DNA of 64,000 nt from sequence record NC_025447.1; one strand, given 5' to 3'. Of this stretch, positions 48,250 through 57,774 are shown in pieces. The translations under genes and the position numbers were made by a program. Origin of the DNA: Escherichia phage 121Q. The notes below the pieces were generated by a model. It did not search any database. It was given only the letters and a program-made list of their open reading frames with translations, and was not told the origin of the DNA. Every line of letters starts with the position of its first letter. Position 1 is the first letter of the stretch.

Positions 48250-49230
48250 ATGGCTAAAAAAATTAATGAAGCACAAGTTAAAATCGATATCGCAGGTTTA
48301 GAATCTGATGATTTGGAAACTCTATCACGTATGTTAGCTCTTGCTGGTCAAGCTGAACGTCAAGACCCAGTAGTTGCCGCTCCAGTACCATCTATGGGGT
48401 CTATGACTCCATCTCTTCCACCTATTGCTCCACTAGATCTCGATTCTATTGGTGCTGAAGAAGAAATTGGTGGAATTGAAACTTCAGTTGAAGACCCACT
48501 AGCAGCGGCAGTTGATGATCTTTCCGCTGATGTTGGTGATTTTGGTGCTGACACAGATGAAGTTAGTATGGATGCTGAATTTTCAGAACCAGGTGTAGAA
48601 GGTGAAGAAGATTTTTCTCTTGACCTTAGTGGTCAACCTCAACTAGAATCAGTTGAAGAAGACGATGAGGAAGAAGAAGAAATTATTGAAGAAGAATTCG
48701 ATTTTAGTCGTATGCTATCTCTTGCTGGTATTAACGAAGAAGAAGACGAAGATTTTTCAGTAGAGGGTAATCCTGCTACCGATAAAGAAATGAAAGATAC
48801 CCAATTTCTACCAGATCTAAGTATCTCTGAAGATGAAGAACCATCTAACAGTACTGATTATGGTCCATATGATACAGAAGCTGATGCCGTTCGTGATGGT
48901 CAACTAAAGACTAATGGTGTTGAAGGTGACCATTTTGTTGTAATTGCAAAAGGCAATCAATTTTATTGGAGACGTGTTGTAGATGAAGATCTTGACAATC
49001 GTCCAGAACCTGAGTATTATGATAATGAAGGGAACGAAAATCGTGTTCATAAATTTGAACCAAAATTCCCAGGCACTGCATTAGGAGATAACCCACTAAA
49101 TGTTAATGAAAGTGAAGAAGATGATTCACCTGAAGGTAACATTGACTTGGAAGATGATTCTGATGAAGAAGTAGAAGATATTTTTGAAAGTCTCCAAGAA
49201 AAATACAAGAAATTTTTAGGAGACAAATAA
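48250..49230 (+). CDS. hypothetical extremely acidic protein
   Basis: 326 aa, Asp/Glu-rich with runs such as EEDDEEEEEIIEEE. Confidence 0.55.
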   Translation: MAKKINEAQVKIDIAGLESDDLETLSRMLALAGQAERQDPVVAAPVPSMGSMTPSLPPIAPLDLDSIGAEEEIGGIETSVEDPLAAAVDDLSADVGDFGADTDEVSMDAEFSEPGVEGEEDFSLDLSGQPQLESVEEDDEEEEEIIEEEFDFSRMLSLAGINEEEDEDFSVEGNPATDKEMKDTQFLPDLSISEDEEPSNSTDYGPYDTEADAVRDGQLKTNGVEGDHFVVIAKGNQFYWRRVVDEDLDNRPEPEYYDNEGNENRVHKFEPKFPGTALGDNPLNVNESEEDDSPEGNIDLEDDSDEEVEDIFESLQEKYKKFLGDK

Positions 49231-49231
49231 T

Positions 49232-49627
49232 ATGCAATATAATTATCGTGAACTAGTTGAAGCGTTAGACGAAATTACCGGAAGAGATGAAGACGAAAGT
49301 TTTTCAGTTGAAGTTGAATCCGATGTTGTAGCAGTTGATGTTCTTAAGGATATTACCAAATGTCTTATTGATATTGTTGATAAGATTAAATCTGGTGAAG
49401 ACCAAAAAGAAATTGTAGATAAACTACAAAAAGCCTGTGACATTTTGTCTGACATTCGATATAATGATGAAAGTACTGAAGTTGCTGATGAAGAAGTGTT
49501 GGAAGCCATTGCAGGTTGTTTTGGAACTGAAGGTATGGGACCAACAATTGACAAAGAAGGCGTACAACACTATAATGAGCCTGGTGCACCATCATATGCT
49601 GCACGTCAAGGTTTTGTTGGAGACTAA
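49232..49627 (+). CDS. hypothetical acidic protein
   Basis: 131-aa ORF; start within 2 nt of upstream stop. Confidence 0.5.
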   Translation: MQYNYRELVEALDEITGRDEDESFSVEVESDVVAVDVLKDITKCLIDIVDKIKSGEDQKEIVDKLQKACDILSDIRYNDESTEVADEEVLEAIAGCFGTEGMGPTIDKEGVQHYNEPGAPSYAARQGFVGD

Positions 49628-49630
49628 TAT

Positions 49631-50011
49631 ATGTTTCCAGAACCATCACATAACAGTACTGAATATCAAAATAATGTACTTTCCAAAGTTAGGGAAGTAC
49701 ATGAATCAGATTCAGAAATAACAGACCGTATGCTTCTGATGTCAATTTTTGAAAATTTCAGAACTGGCGGTGGTTTACGTCTTAGCAAGTTTGGGTATGG
49801 AATTTGTAAAGAAAATAATCTTTATGAATTTACAAAAATCCCCTTGCAAAGAGAATTTAAAAGTTCTATAATGTTTACATCACTTGACAGAATATGTACT
49901 TCACCTTATTATGTTGAAGGTCAGTACATATATCTGACAGATGCAATGATAATAACTGAATTAACATTGTGTTGTGACGATTTTAAACAGTTATTTTCTA
50001 TTCATATGTAA
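49631..50011 (+). CDS. hypothetical protein
   Basis: 126-aa ORF. Confidence 0.5.
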   Translation: MFPEPSHNSTEYQNNVLSKVREVHESDSEITDRMLLMSIFENFRTGGGLRLSKFGYGICKENNLYEFTKIPLQREFKSSIMFTSLDRICTSPYYVEGQYIYLTDAMIITELTLCCDDFKQLFSIHM

Positions 50012-50035
50012 GAAAAAATGAATTAAAAATAAATG

Positions 50036-50063
50036 TTGACAAGATAGAATGATGTGATACAAT
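50036..50063 (+). promoter_or_regulatory. sigma70-like promoter, copy 1 of duplicated element
   Basis: TTGACA-agatagaatgatgTGA-TACAAT (16-nt spacer, TG-n extended -10). Confidence 0.6.
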
Positions 50064-50129
50064 AAGCATCAGACATAAAGTTTTCAAGCGACACAAGATG
50101 TGAGTTTGAAAAAAAAAGAAAAAAAGTGA

Positions 50130-50157
50130 TTGACAAGTTGAAACGATGTGATATAAT
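50130..50157 (+). promoter_or_regulatory. sigma70-like promoter, copy 2 of duplicated element
   Basis: TTGACA-agttgaaacgatgTGA-TATAAT; near-identical to the copy 94 nt upstream. Confidence 0.65.
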
Positions 50158-50326
50158 GTTCACATCAAGACAGCAAAGAGATTTACCTTTTAAACACACG
50201 GATGATTCATGAAGTAACAAAGGAACTGATAAGTTAAATTATTTTAACACAGTTCCTTTACTTTTGCCCACGGATTGGCTATAATAGAAACTTAAACGAT
50301 TTTATCCAACAAAAGGAAATATATAC

Positions 50327-51652
50327 ATGACTACTCAAAACGATATCCTGAACGTTAAACTGACTCCAAAGAAAGCTAAAGAAGCAATGGCACTAGCTGA
50401 CATGATTCAAGATAGCCTGATGATTTGGGGTAGCCCAGGTATCGGTAAGTCTGCAATCGCTCGTCAATACGCTGATGAAAATTACCCACTGCGTAAAGAT
50501 AACGTAGCTAAAATCGAGTTCATGAAACAACAAATCGAAGCTGACCCTGAAAATGCTGATCAGCTACGCCGTGAACTGGCTGCATTTGAAGCAAAACTAA
50601 TCGACCAAGATACTAACTTTATCGATTTCCGTTTGTCTCAAATCGAACCAAGTGACCTTCGCGGTATTCCAGTACCAGAGAAGCTTTTCCGTAAAACTGA
50701 CGGTTCTCTTCTGAAAGAATCTGAGCTTGCCGAAGCAAAAGATTATGTAGCTGAAACTGCGGTAGTATGGGCTGCACCTAAAGTTCTGAAATTGTCCGAA
50801 GATTGGAAAGGTGTTATTCTGTTTGACGAAATTAACTCTGCAATGCCTATTGTTCAGGCAGCGTCTTATCAGCTAATCCTCGACCGTTGTGTTGGTGAGA
50901 TGAAGCTACCTAAGACTGCACTGATTCTTGCAGCAGGTAACCGTGAAACTGATGGCGGTGTAACTTTCTCTCTTGCTACACCACTGCGTGACCGTATGAC
51001 TCACATTGAGATGATTCCTTATCATCAAGATTGGATTAACGATTATGCGATTGCAAAACGTTTGAACCCAGCAACTGTTGCGTTCATCAACAACACTGGT
51101 TCTAAGTACTTTAACACACTTAGTCCACAAGATCCTTCTCACAGTGGTGGTACTTCTCCACGTTCATGGGAAGCAGTAGCACGCTACGAAGATCTCAAGA
51201 AAACTAAGACAATTGATAAAGAAGTGTTCCGTGCAATGATTGCTGGTCGTGTTGGTGAAGGTGTTGCAACTGAATACATTGAGTACGTTGAGAACGTTGC
51301 TAAACTACCAGATACTATGTCTATTCTGTCTGGTGAAATCAAAGAAATCGACGCAACGCTGGATATTTCTGCGAACTACTTTATCACTCTGAACTTGGTT
51401 TATAAAATTATCGACCTGTTCAATGAGAAGCAAGAACAACGTCTACCAGTGGAAGAATGGGGTAAACTGTGTAACAACTTCATCACCTTCCTAGACCATA
51501 ACTTCTCTGCAACTCAAGCAGAACTGGCAGTACTGGCAATTCGTACCATCACGCTTCATAAGGTTGCGATTTCCATTAAAGATGTACCAGCGTTTAAAGA
51601 TTTCATCGCTAAGTACTCTGAACTTGTACGTAAAGCACGCTCTCTTGGCTAA
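50327..51652 (+). CDS. MoxR-like AAA+ ATPase
   Basis: Walker A WGSPGIGKSAIARQYA and Walker B VILFDEINSA; 441 aa; AAAGGAAA RBS; partnered with a VWA protein downstream. Confidence 0.8.
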   Translation: MTTQNDILNVKLTPKKAKEAMALADMIQDSLMIWGSPGIGKSAIARQYADENYPLRKDNVAKIEFMKQQIEADPENADQLRRELAAFEAKLIDQDTNFIDFRLSQIEPSDLRGIPVPEKLFRKTDGSLLKESELAEAKDYVAETAVVWAAPKVLKLSEDWKGVILFDEINSAMPIVQAASYQLILDRCVGEMKLPKTALILAAGNRETDGGVTFSLATPLRDRMTHIEMIPYHQDWINDYAIAKRLNPATVAFINNTGSKYFNTLSPQDPSHSGGTSPRSWEAVARYEDLKKTKTIDKEVFRAMIAGRVGEGVATEYIEYVENVAKLPDTMSILSGEIKEIDATLDISANYFITLNLVYKIIDLFNEKQEQRLPVEEWGKLCNNFITFLDHNFSATQAELAVLAIRTITLHKVAISIKDVPAFKDFIAKYSELVRKARSLG

Positions 51653-51673
51653 TTAACAAAGAGTTGTTGACAA

Positions 51674-51706
51674 GAAGGATGCCTAATGGTATCCTTCTTT
51701 TATCTT
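51674..51706 (+). terminator. terminator-like hairpin (possible attenuator between MoxR and VWA genes)
   Basis: GAAGGAT-gcctaatggt-ATCCTTC followed by TTTTATCTT. Confidence 0.5.
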
Positions 51707-51726
51707 AACTAAACGAGGAAATATAC

Positions 51727-53151
51727 ATGTCAGATAACAAATCTACTTCCAGATTCAATGAAGTATCTCCGGCACTCCAGAAAGAATGTCAAGATCGTCT
51801 GGTTCTGGCTCGTACATCTTTGATGTTAACTGCACCATTCTTTGGTGTACTCGCTTCACGTTTACGTCCAGTTCCTAATAATACATGGTGTCGTACTCTA
51901 GCAGTTGATGGTAAACATCTATTCTACAACGTAGAATTTGTAATGGGTATTCAAGACCCATCTAAAAAGAAAGAATATGAAGAAGCTATTCGTGAAAAGC
52001 ATCCTGAAGTTACAGACGAACAATTAAAAGAAATGACTGAAGGTTTGACTGATGAAAACCTTATTGCTGTAATTTGTCATGAAATTCTACACTGTGCTTA
52101 CGATCACTTCCTTCGTCGTGGTATGCGTGATCCACAACGTTATAACCGTGCAGCGGATTATGCCATTAACCAAATCATCGTTCGTGAGAAAATTGGAAAA
52201 ATCCAAAGTTCATGGTTGTATGATAAAAAATATGAAGGTATGACCGCAGAAGAGATTTACATTCTTCTTGAAGAAGAAGAACAAAAAGAAGATGGTGAAG
52301 GTGAAGGTCAACCACAAAGTGGCGGCGGTGAAGGTGAAGGTAAAAATCGCGGTACTTTTGGTGATATTAAAGATGGTAAGGGTAAACCAAAAGGTACTAC
52401 CATTGACCAGCATGACGTTCCACAAGAAGGTCAAGAAGGTGGTTCAAGTGAACAGCAAAAACGTGATTATATGGATGATTTCAAAACAGCAATGATGAAT
52501 GCTGCACGTGCAGGTGGTACACCAGCAGAAATCGCTCGTATGATTAACAACTTTAAAGAACCAAAGATTGACTGGCGTTCAAAACTTCAACGTACACTTC
52601 GTAGTTGGTTGAAGTCTGATGCAACGTATCAAAGTCCTTCTCGTCGTTCATGGGGTGCTGGTTTTGGTTCTAATGGTTCATTCTATGGTAATCCAATTTA
52701 CCCAGGGATGAAACCAGATGATGATATTGATATTGCGATTGCACTAGATGCTTCTGGGTCTATTTCTGAAGATATGCTTCGTGATTTCATTAGTGAAGTT
52801 CTTGGCATCACTAAACAATTCAAACAGTTTAAGATTCGTATCATGACTTTTGATACTGAAGTTTATACTGTAAAGGATTACAAAACTGGCGAAGAACGTA
52901 AGATTCTGGAATATCCAGTAAAAGGTGGTGGTGGTACTGACTTTGAAGCAGTATGGGTTCATATGAAGAACGACAACTACAAGCCTAAACAGCTTGTAAT
53001 GTTTACTGATGGTGAACCGTGGCAGTCATGGGGTGATCCAAACTACTGTAAAACACTGTTCGTGATTCACAGTAACCCAAATAAAGTTGCACCATTTGGT
53101 GAGACTGTACACTACGAATATGAAGCTGATAAAAAGCGTCAACGTAGTTAA
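51727..53151 (+). CDS. VWA-domain protein with N-terminal HExxH metallopeptidase-like domain (DUF2201-type architecture)
   Basis: HExxH (ICHEILHCAYDH) in the N-terminal half, Gly/Glu-rich linker, MIDAS motif DxSxS (IALDASGSIS) in the C-terminal VWA domain; ACGAGGAAA RBS. Confidence 0.75.
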   Translation: MSDNKSTSRFNEVSPALQKECQDRLVLARTSLMLTAPFFGVLASRLRPVPNNTWCRTLAVDGKHLFYNVEFVMGIQDPSKKKEYEEAIREKHPEVTDEQLKEMTEGLTDENLIAVICHEILHCAYDHFLRRGMRDPQRYNRAADYAINQIIVREKIGKIQSSWLYDKKYEGMTAEEIYILLEEEEQKEDGEGEGQPQSGGGEGEGKNRGTFGDIKDGKGKPKGTTIDQHDVPQEGQEGGSSEQQKRDYMDDFKTAMMNAARAGGTPAEIARMINNFKEPKIDWRSKLQRTLRSWLKSDATYQSPSRRSWGAGFGSNGSFYGNPIYPGMKPDDDIDIAIALDASGSISEDMLRDFISEVLGITKQFKQFKIRIMTFDTEVYTVKDYKTGEERKILEYPVKGGGGTDFEAVWVHMKNDNYKPKQLVMFTDGEPWQSWGDPNYCKTLFVIHSNPNKVAPFGETVHYEYEADKKRQRS

Positions 53152-53163
53152 GTACTAAATAAA

Positions 53164-53194
53164 GAGAACGGAATTTTCCGTTCTCTTCTTTTAT
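53164..53194 (+). terminator. rho-independent terminator
   Basis: GAGAACGG-aatttt-CCGTTCTC followed by TTCTTTTAT. Confidence 0.7.
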
Positions 53195-53196
53195 AA

Positions 53197-53226
53197 GTGG
53201 GACAACTTATAAAAATATGATATAAT
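53197..53226 (+). promoter_or_regulatory. sigma70-like extended -10 promoter (GTGGGACA-N16-TGA-TATAAT)
   Basis: aGTGGGACA ... atATGATATAAT; same motif as at 34184 and 23439. Confidence 0.55.
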
Positions 53227-53260
53227 AGTTAATGTACCAATATACATGGAGAGTATTAAA

Positions 53261-53506
53261 ATGGAACAAGAAAATAATCAAATTCAACTAACCCTTCTAG
53301 ACCTAATCAATGCTGCAAAAATCATGGAAGCTGCTGTTGCACGAAACACCTTTAAAGTTGAAGAACTTGTTGAGGTTGCTCCAGTTGTATCTAAATTTGT
53401 TTCTTTTGCAAATGTAGCTCTTGAAGATATTAAAGCACAAGAAGATGCAGCTAAAGAAGAAGCTGAATCACAAGATAGTGAAACTCAAGAAGATAAAGGA
53501 GAATAA
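53261..53506 (+). CDS. hypothetical acidic protein
   Basis: Start placed at ATG 53261 (GGAGAG 6 nt upstream) rather than track start 53246. Confidence 0.45.
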   Translation: MEQENNQIQLTLLDLINAAKIMEAAVARNTFKVEELVEVAPVVSKFVSFANVALEDIKAQEDAAKEEAESQDSETQEDKGE

Positions 53507-53508
53507 TT

Positions 53509-54165
53509 ATGGCAGCTATTCGTCATGTTGGTGTAATGCGTAATACAGGTTCTCGTGTTTTTGTTGTTTGGCGTTCACTACCAGATGATCCTGAACACTG
53601 CCTTATCGTTTATCGTGATTCACTACCAGAAGCATATGTTCACGCAGTAACTGATATTGTTATGGGTCATGGTCAATCTAATATTGATTTGTGGGAAGTA
53701 ATGCATAAAATTGGTTATCTCGATGGACGCAAAATGCTAGATGTTCTACACAACATGCAGCATCTACGTCGCGTTCGTACTTGTGACATTGATATGCACA
53801 CTGGTGGTAATAATAAAATTTCTCTTGATGTTCTAAACAAAGCATTAGATGAAAATCAAGCGAAAGTACAAGAAGATGGTAAAGTAAAAGACTTTAACCC
53901 ATTCAATCCACAAGAAGCGGACACTAAAGTAGAAGAAGCTACTATTGTAGAACAACTTCTCACTGATGCACAAAAATATGAAAAACTGGCTAAAGAACAT
54001 TATGAACGTGCATACAATTTAGAGCCAAGCTTGCGTCCGCAAACACAAGTTGTTGAACAACCGAAAGATAGTAAAACAATTTATCTAGAAATTCCAGAAG
54101 GTATTTCACAGACTAAAGCTATTGAGAAAGTAAAACAACTATTTGCAGAACGTAAAGCAAAATAA
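53509..54165 (+). CDS. hypothetical protein
   Basis: 218-aa ORF, start 3 nt after upstream stop. Confidence 0.5.
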   Translation: MAAIRHVGVMRNTGSRVFVVWRSLPDDPEHCLIVYRDSLPEAYVHAVTDIVMGHGQSNIDLWEVMHKIGYLDGRKMLDVLHNMQHLRRVRTCDIDMHTGGNNKISLDVLNKALDENQAKVQEDGKVKDFNPFNPQEADTKVEEATIVEQLLTDAQKYEKLAKEHYERAYNLEPSLRPQTQVVEQPKDSKTIYLEIPEGISQTKAIEKVKQLFAERKAK

Positions 54166-54168
54166 AAT

Positions 54169-54762
54169 ATGAAAAAGAATGAATTAGATGAAGCAATTAA
54201 AGGTTTATCTAATGTATGTTTTAGTGGCGGGGCAGCAGGTGCTGACCGCCTTTTTTCTATCTATGCAAAAAATAATGGATTTGAAGTTATTAATTTTTCA
54301 TTCAAAGGTCATGAGCATAGTGTAGATGAAAGTACTATATTAGAAATACCATCCAATATTCTATCTGATATTTCTATATTAAATCAACTAAACATTGCAT
54401 GTTACTCGTTGCAGCGAAAAGTACCAAAACCTGGTTCTTATGTTTACAACTTACTTGCAAGGAATAGTTATCAGATACTTAATACAGAAAGAATATATTG
54501 TATTGCAAATATCACATCACCAACTAAGGTAAGTGGTGGTACTGCATGGGCAGTACAGATGTATATGGATTCAGTTGAAAATCCTGAAATTTATTGTTAT
54601 GATATGAATTCACGTTCAGTATTTTATTTCGATACAGTACTGAAAGAGTTCACACAAACATTCGTCGTTCCAGCACCACATGGTAACTGGACTGGTATTG
54701 GTTCACGCAATGCCACCGAAAAACATATGGAACATTTTATTACATTTTTCAAGGAAGAATAA
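54169..54762 (+). CDS. Rossmann-like protein with GGAAGAD motif (possibly SLOG/DprA-like)
   Basis: VCFSGGAAGADRLFSIYA resembles the glycine-rich loop of SLOG/DprA-type folds; ATGA overlap with the downstream thymidylate-synthase gene. Confidence 0.3.
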   Translation: MKKNELDEAIKGLSNVCFSGGAAGADRLFSIYAKNNGFEVINFSFKGHEHSVDESTILEIPSNILSDISILNQLNIACYSLQRKVPKPGSYVYNLLARNSYQILNTERIYCIANITSPTKVSGGTAWAVQMYMDSVENPEIYCYDMNSRSVFYFDTVLKEFTQTFVVPAPHGNWTGIGSRNATEKHMEHFITFFKEE

Positions 54763-55691
54763 TGAAACAACTACAAGAACTATATCAAAAAATTCTAGAT
54801 GAAGGCGTAGAAAGCGTTGACCGTACTGGTGTTGGAACAATCAAACTTATCGGTCAACAAATGCGTTTTGACCTTAAAGATGGTTTCCCAGCAGTGACGA
54901 CAAAACGTCTAGCTTGGAAAGCAATGACTTCAGAATTACTATGGTTTATTGAAGGTTCCCATGATGAGCGTCGCCTTTGTGAAATTTTGCATGGAACTCG
55001 TGATACAGAAAAGAAAACTATTTGGACAGATAATTACCTAAATCAAGGCGTTGCTCTTGGTTATACTGATGGTGAGTTAGGTCCAGTGTATGGTAAGCAA
55101 TGGCGTGAATGGGAAGATTATAAATTTAGTTCCAGTACTGAAGAAATTCAAGAATTAAAAGATAAAGGATACAAAGTTATCGATTATACTGGTTCACATG
55201 GTGTTGTTATGAAACGTACAACTGACCAATTACAAGAACTAATCAAAGGTATAAAGTCCGATCCATATGGCCGTCGCCACATTCTAAGTGCATGGAACGT
55301 TGGTGAGCTTGATGATATGACGTTACCACCTTGTCATAGCTTTGTGCAATTTTGTGTAGTGCAAGGAAAACTAAGCTGTATTCTGCATCAACGCTCCGCT
55401 GATCTATTTTTAGGAGTTCCATTTAATATCAGTAGTTACTCACTACTAACTCATATGATTGCACAAATTACTGGTTTAGATGTTGGTGAATTTATTTGGA
55501 ATGGTGGTGATTGTCACATTTATAAAAACCACGTTGAACAAGTAAAAGAACAACTACAGCGAAAACCTCGTGAATTACCTGAATTGTGGCTTGATCCTAC
55601 AATTACTAATATTGAAGATTTCACTATGGATTCTTTTAAATTAGTGAATTACAACCCAATGCCAACAATTAAAGCACCTATGGCTGTATAA
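54762..55691 (+). CDS. thyA: thymidylate synthase family enzyme (ThyA/Td-like; dUMP-specific by the conserved Asn)
   Basis: LAWKAMTSELLWFIEGS ... LPPCHSFVQFCVVQGKLSCILHQRSADLFLGVPFNISSYSLLTHMIAQ ... GDCHIYKNH: catalytic Cys in PCH, folate-binding blocks and Asn in PFNISSY. Confidence 0.85.
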   Translation: MKQLQELYQKILDEGVESVDRTGVGTIKLIGQQMRFDLKDGFPAVTTKRLAWKAMTSELLWFIEGSHDERRLCEILHGTRDTEKKTIWTDNYLNQGVALGYTDGELGPVYGKQWREWEDYKFSSSTEEIQELKDKGYKVIDYTGSHGVVMKRTTDQLQELIKGIKSDPYGRRHILSAWNVGELDDMTLPPCHSFVQFCVVQGKLSCILHQRSADLFLGVPFNISSYSLLTHMIAQITGLDVGEFIWNGGDCHIYKNHVEQVKEQLQRKPRELPELWLDPTITNIEDFTMDSFKLVNYNPMPTIKAPMAV

Positions 55692-55698
55692 ACGAAAA

Positions 55699-55724
55699 GG
55701 GAGAACATCAGTTCTCCCTTTTTT
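55699..55724. terminator. bidirectional terminator between convergent genes
   Basis: GGGAGAAC-atca-GTTCTCCC flanked by A-run and T-run; lies between thyA (+) and the minus-strand fibre gene. Confidence 0.7.
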
Positions 55725-55725
55725 A

Positions 55726-57690
55726 TTATCTAATTGTTACCAATGTTCTTCCGTCGAAACGTACATCAGGAGTTGAAGGTATACTAAACACTACGTTAGT
55801 GCCGTTAAACGTAACGCTATCGACCTCAACACGAGTATAGACACCAGGACTAACCTGTTCCTGTATCTCTGCTGTGACGATGTTTGAGGCTGTTACAGTA
55901 AGGGTGTAGTAGTTACCACTTAATACCCAAGATGAAATTGTAAAAGCATCGGTTCTCACTGAACCTGAACCAATTGGAACCCATTGACCTTGAACTTTTT
56001 GCATTGAAGTACGCTCGGTATTGGAGTATGCAATCATACCATCAACGCCAACAGAGTTATCAATAGTAGCTAGTACTGGTAATTGGATACCATATCTATT
56101 AAAACGTGTTCTTATAGTTCCATTATCATAGATACTTACATCAGCATAATTACCCATTGATAGTTTTAAATCAGAACTAACTAATTGGATTGTACTTTGA
56201 TTAGTAGTACTTTCTAATGTAATTATACCATTAGCTAATAGATTTATATTTTTAAATTTATTAGTTGTTCCATTGAAATTAGTGTTTGCTGTAAACGTAC
56301 TAACTCCATTAACTGTAATTGTATCAGATGCAGCATCGCCTAATGTAGTATTACCTTGAATGTTCAAATTACCACTAGCAGTGATATTACTAGCTGATGT
56401 ATCACCAGTCAATGTACTTGTACCATCAACCACAATATTACCATGAAACGCACTTTCACCATTTTTAAATTCAACTTGTACTTTATTCATTGAACTAAAT
56501 GAAATAATATTACTACTAGCACTTAGTCCAACATTAGTATTGGTTGCATTATCAAATCTTAGTACTGGGGTTGATGCTGGGGTTGAAGTTGTTTGGTATA
56601 ATGTTAATGTTGAATTATTAATTCTAATACGTTCAGTTCCAGCAGTACTGAAACCAATTGCATCATCTGCTGGATGAAACATACCAGTATTAGCGTCTGA
56701 CCATTTTGCAGGATCATTACCTGGGTTATTGGTTGGATCAAATGGATTGTTATTAAATGTCAATGCTGGTGCTGCTGCACTACCATAGACCACACCAAAA
56801 CGCCCTGAGCCGCTTGTTCCATCATTATACATGGAATCACCAGTTCTACGTAAACACTCAATCACAACGTTATCTATGGATGTTTGAACGGTCCCTGCGT
56901 TTGTCCTAAATTGACGATGATTTGCAATCATTACAGTATTGTCATATAATACTGAAGCAGCGGAAATGCTTGTTCTTGACTGGCGTAGACGTATGTTTTT
57001 ATCTTCAGTTATAATAATCCAATCACCATCTGATAGTGCGGTTTGGTTCATTGGAACACCTGAAGCAAATGGTTTGGTTAAGTCAGCATCTGTTGCTAAA
57101 TTTTTAAGACCATCATGACCAGTACTAGGAATAGATGCAGGAATAATTCTAGCGAAAGCGTATGTTACTAGTTTAGCACCAGATATATTTGGATTAGAGT
57201 CAACATAATATAAAATTTCAATCCAATTACCTTGTCCAGTTGGATTTGTAGGTGTAAATGTAACAGGACTTGTTTGTGGATTATTTGCTTCATAATGGGC
57301 TTGTGCGGCATCCATAATACCACGAACAACATAATAATCACCATTTAGTGATGCTGCTGGTGCTGGTAGTGGTGTTTGTGCTAAAGGTGGATCAATATCA
57401 TCTGGGATAGGATTGTATGTACCAACAAACTGTAAACCACTAGTTACTGAATCTGGTAATTGGGAAGTAAGAAGTTTACCATTTGCATCTAAGTTTGCAA
57501 AGCGGCGATATGCCATAGTACCATCTTCAAAATCCAGAACACCTTCAAATGATTTCCATTCCTTATTGTATCTAATCATCCCTGATCTTATTACATCAGC
57601 GGTTTCTTTTGATGGTGCTTTCGGTAACTCTAAAAAAGATTTACTATCAATAATTACACCACCATCACCTCTAATTCGATTTATACTCAT
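55726..57690 (-). CDS. tail fibre protein
   Basis: 654 aa on the minus strand; Thr/Asn/Gly/Ser-rich with repetitive beta-rich segments (NITASGNLNIQGNTTLGDAASDTITVNGVSTFTANTNFNGTTN); late-promoter-like TATAAAT upstream. Confidence 0.65.
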   Translation of the reverse strand: MSINRIRGDGGVIIDSKSFLELPKAPSKETADVIRSGMIRYNKEWKSFEGVLDFEDGTMAYRRFANLDANGKLLTSQLPDSVTSGLQFVGTYNPIPDDIDPPLAQTPLPAPAASLNGDYYVVRGIMDAAQAHYEANNPQTSPVTFTPTNPTGQGNWIEILYYVDSNPNISGAKLVTYAFARIIPASIPSTGHDGLKNLATDADLTKPFASGVPMNQTALSDGDWIIITEDKNIRLRQSRTSISAASVLYDNTVMIANHRQFRTNAGTVQTSIDNVVIECLRRTGDSMYNDGTSGSGRFGVVYGSAAAPALTFNNNPFDPTNNPGNDPAKWSDANTGMFHPADDAIGFSTAGTERIRINNSTLTLYQTTSTPASTPVLRFDNATNTNVGLSASSNIISFSSMNKVQVEFKNGESAFHGNIVVDGTSTLTGDTSASNITASGNLNIQGNTTLGDAASDTITVNGVSTFTANTNFNGTTNKFKNINLLANGIITLESTTNQSTIQLVSSDLKLSMGNYADVSIYDNGTIRTRFNRYGIQLPVLATIDNSVGVDGMIAYSNTERTSMQKVQGQWVPIGSGSVRTDAFTISSWVLSGNYYTLTVTASNIVTAEIQEQVSPGVYTRVEVDSVTFNGTNVVFSIPSTPDVRFDGRTLVTIR

Positions 57691-57722
57691 TTAAATATTT
57701 CCTCAGAATAGATTTATATGAT

Positions 57723-57758
57723 GTATTTATTTTAGTTAAAAGAAAAGGCCAAGCATAG
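57723..57758 (-). terminator. rho-independent terminator (minus strand)
   Basis: On the minus strand: AAGGUCAAGCC-uau-GCUUGGCCUU followed by UUCUUUUAA; downstream of gene 57775..58554. Confidence 0.6.
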
Positions 57759-57774
57759 GCTTGACCTTAAAAAA

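Noticed and set aside
50262-50285. Third promoter (TTGCCC ... TATAAT) directly upstream of the MoxR gene
   Set aside because: Spacer between candidate -35 and -10 is only about 10 nt and no TG-n extended -10 is present; too weak to call.
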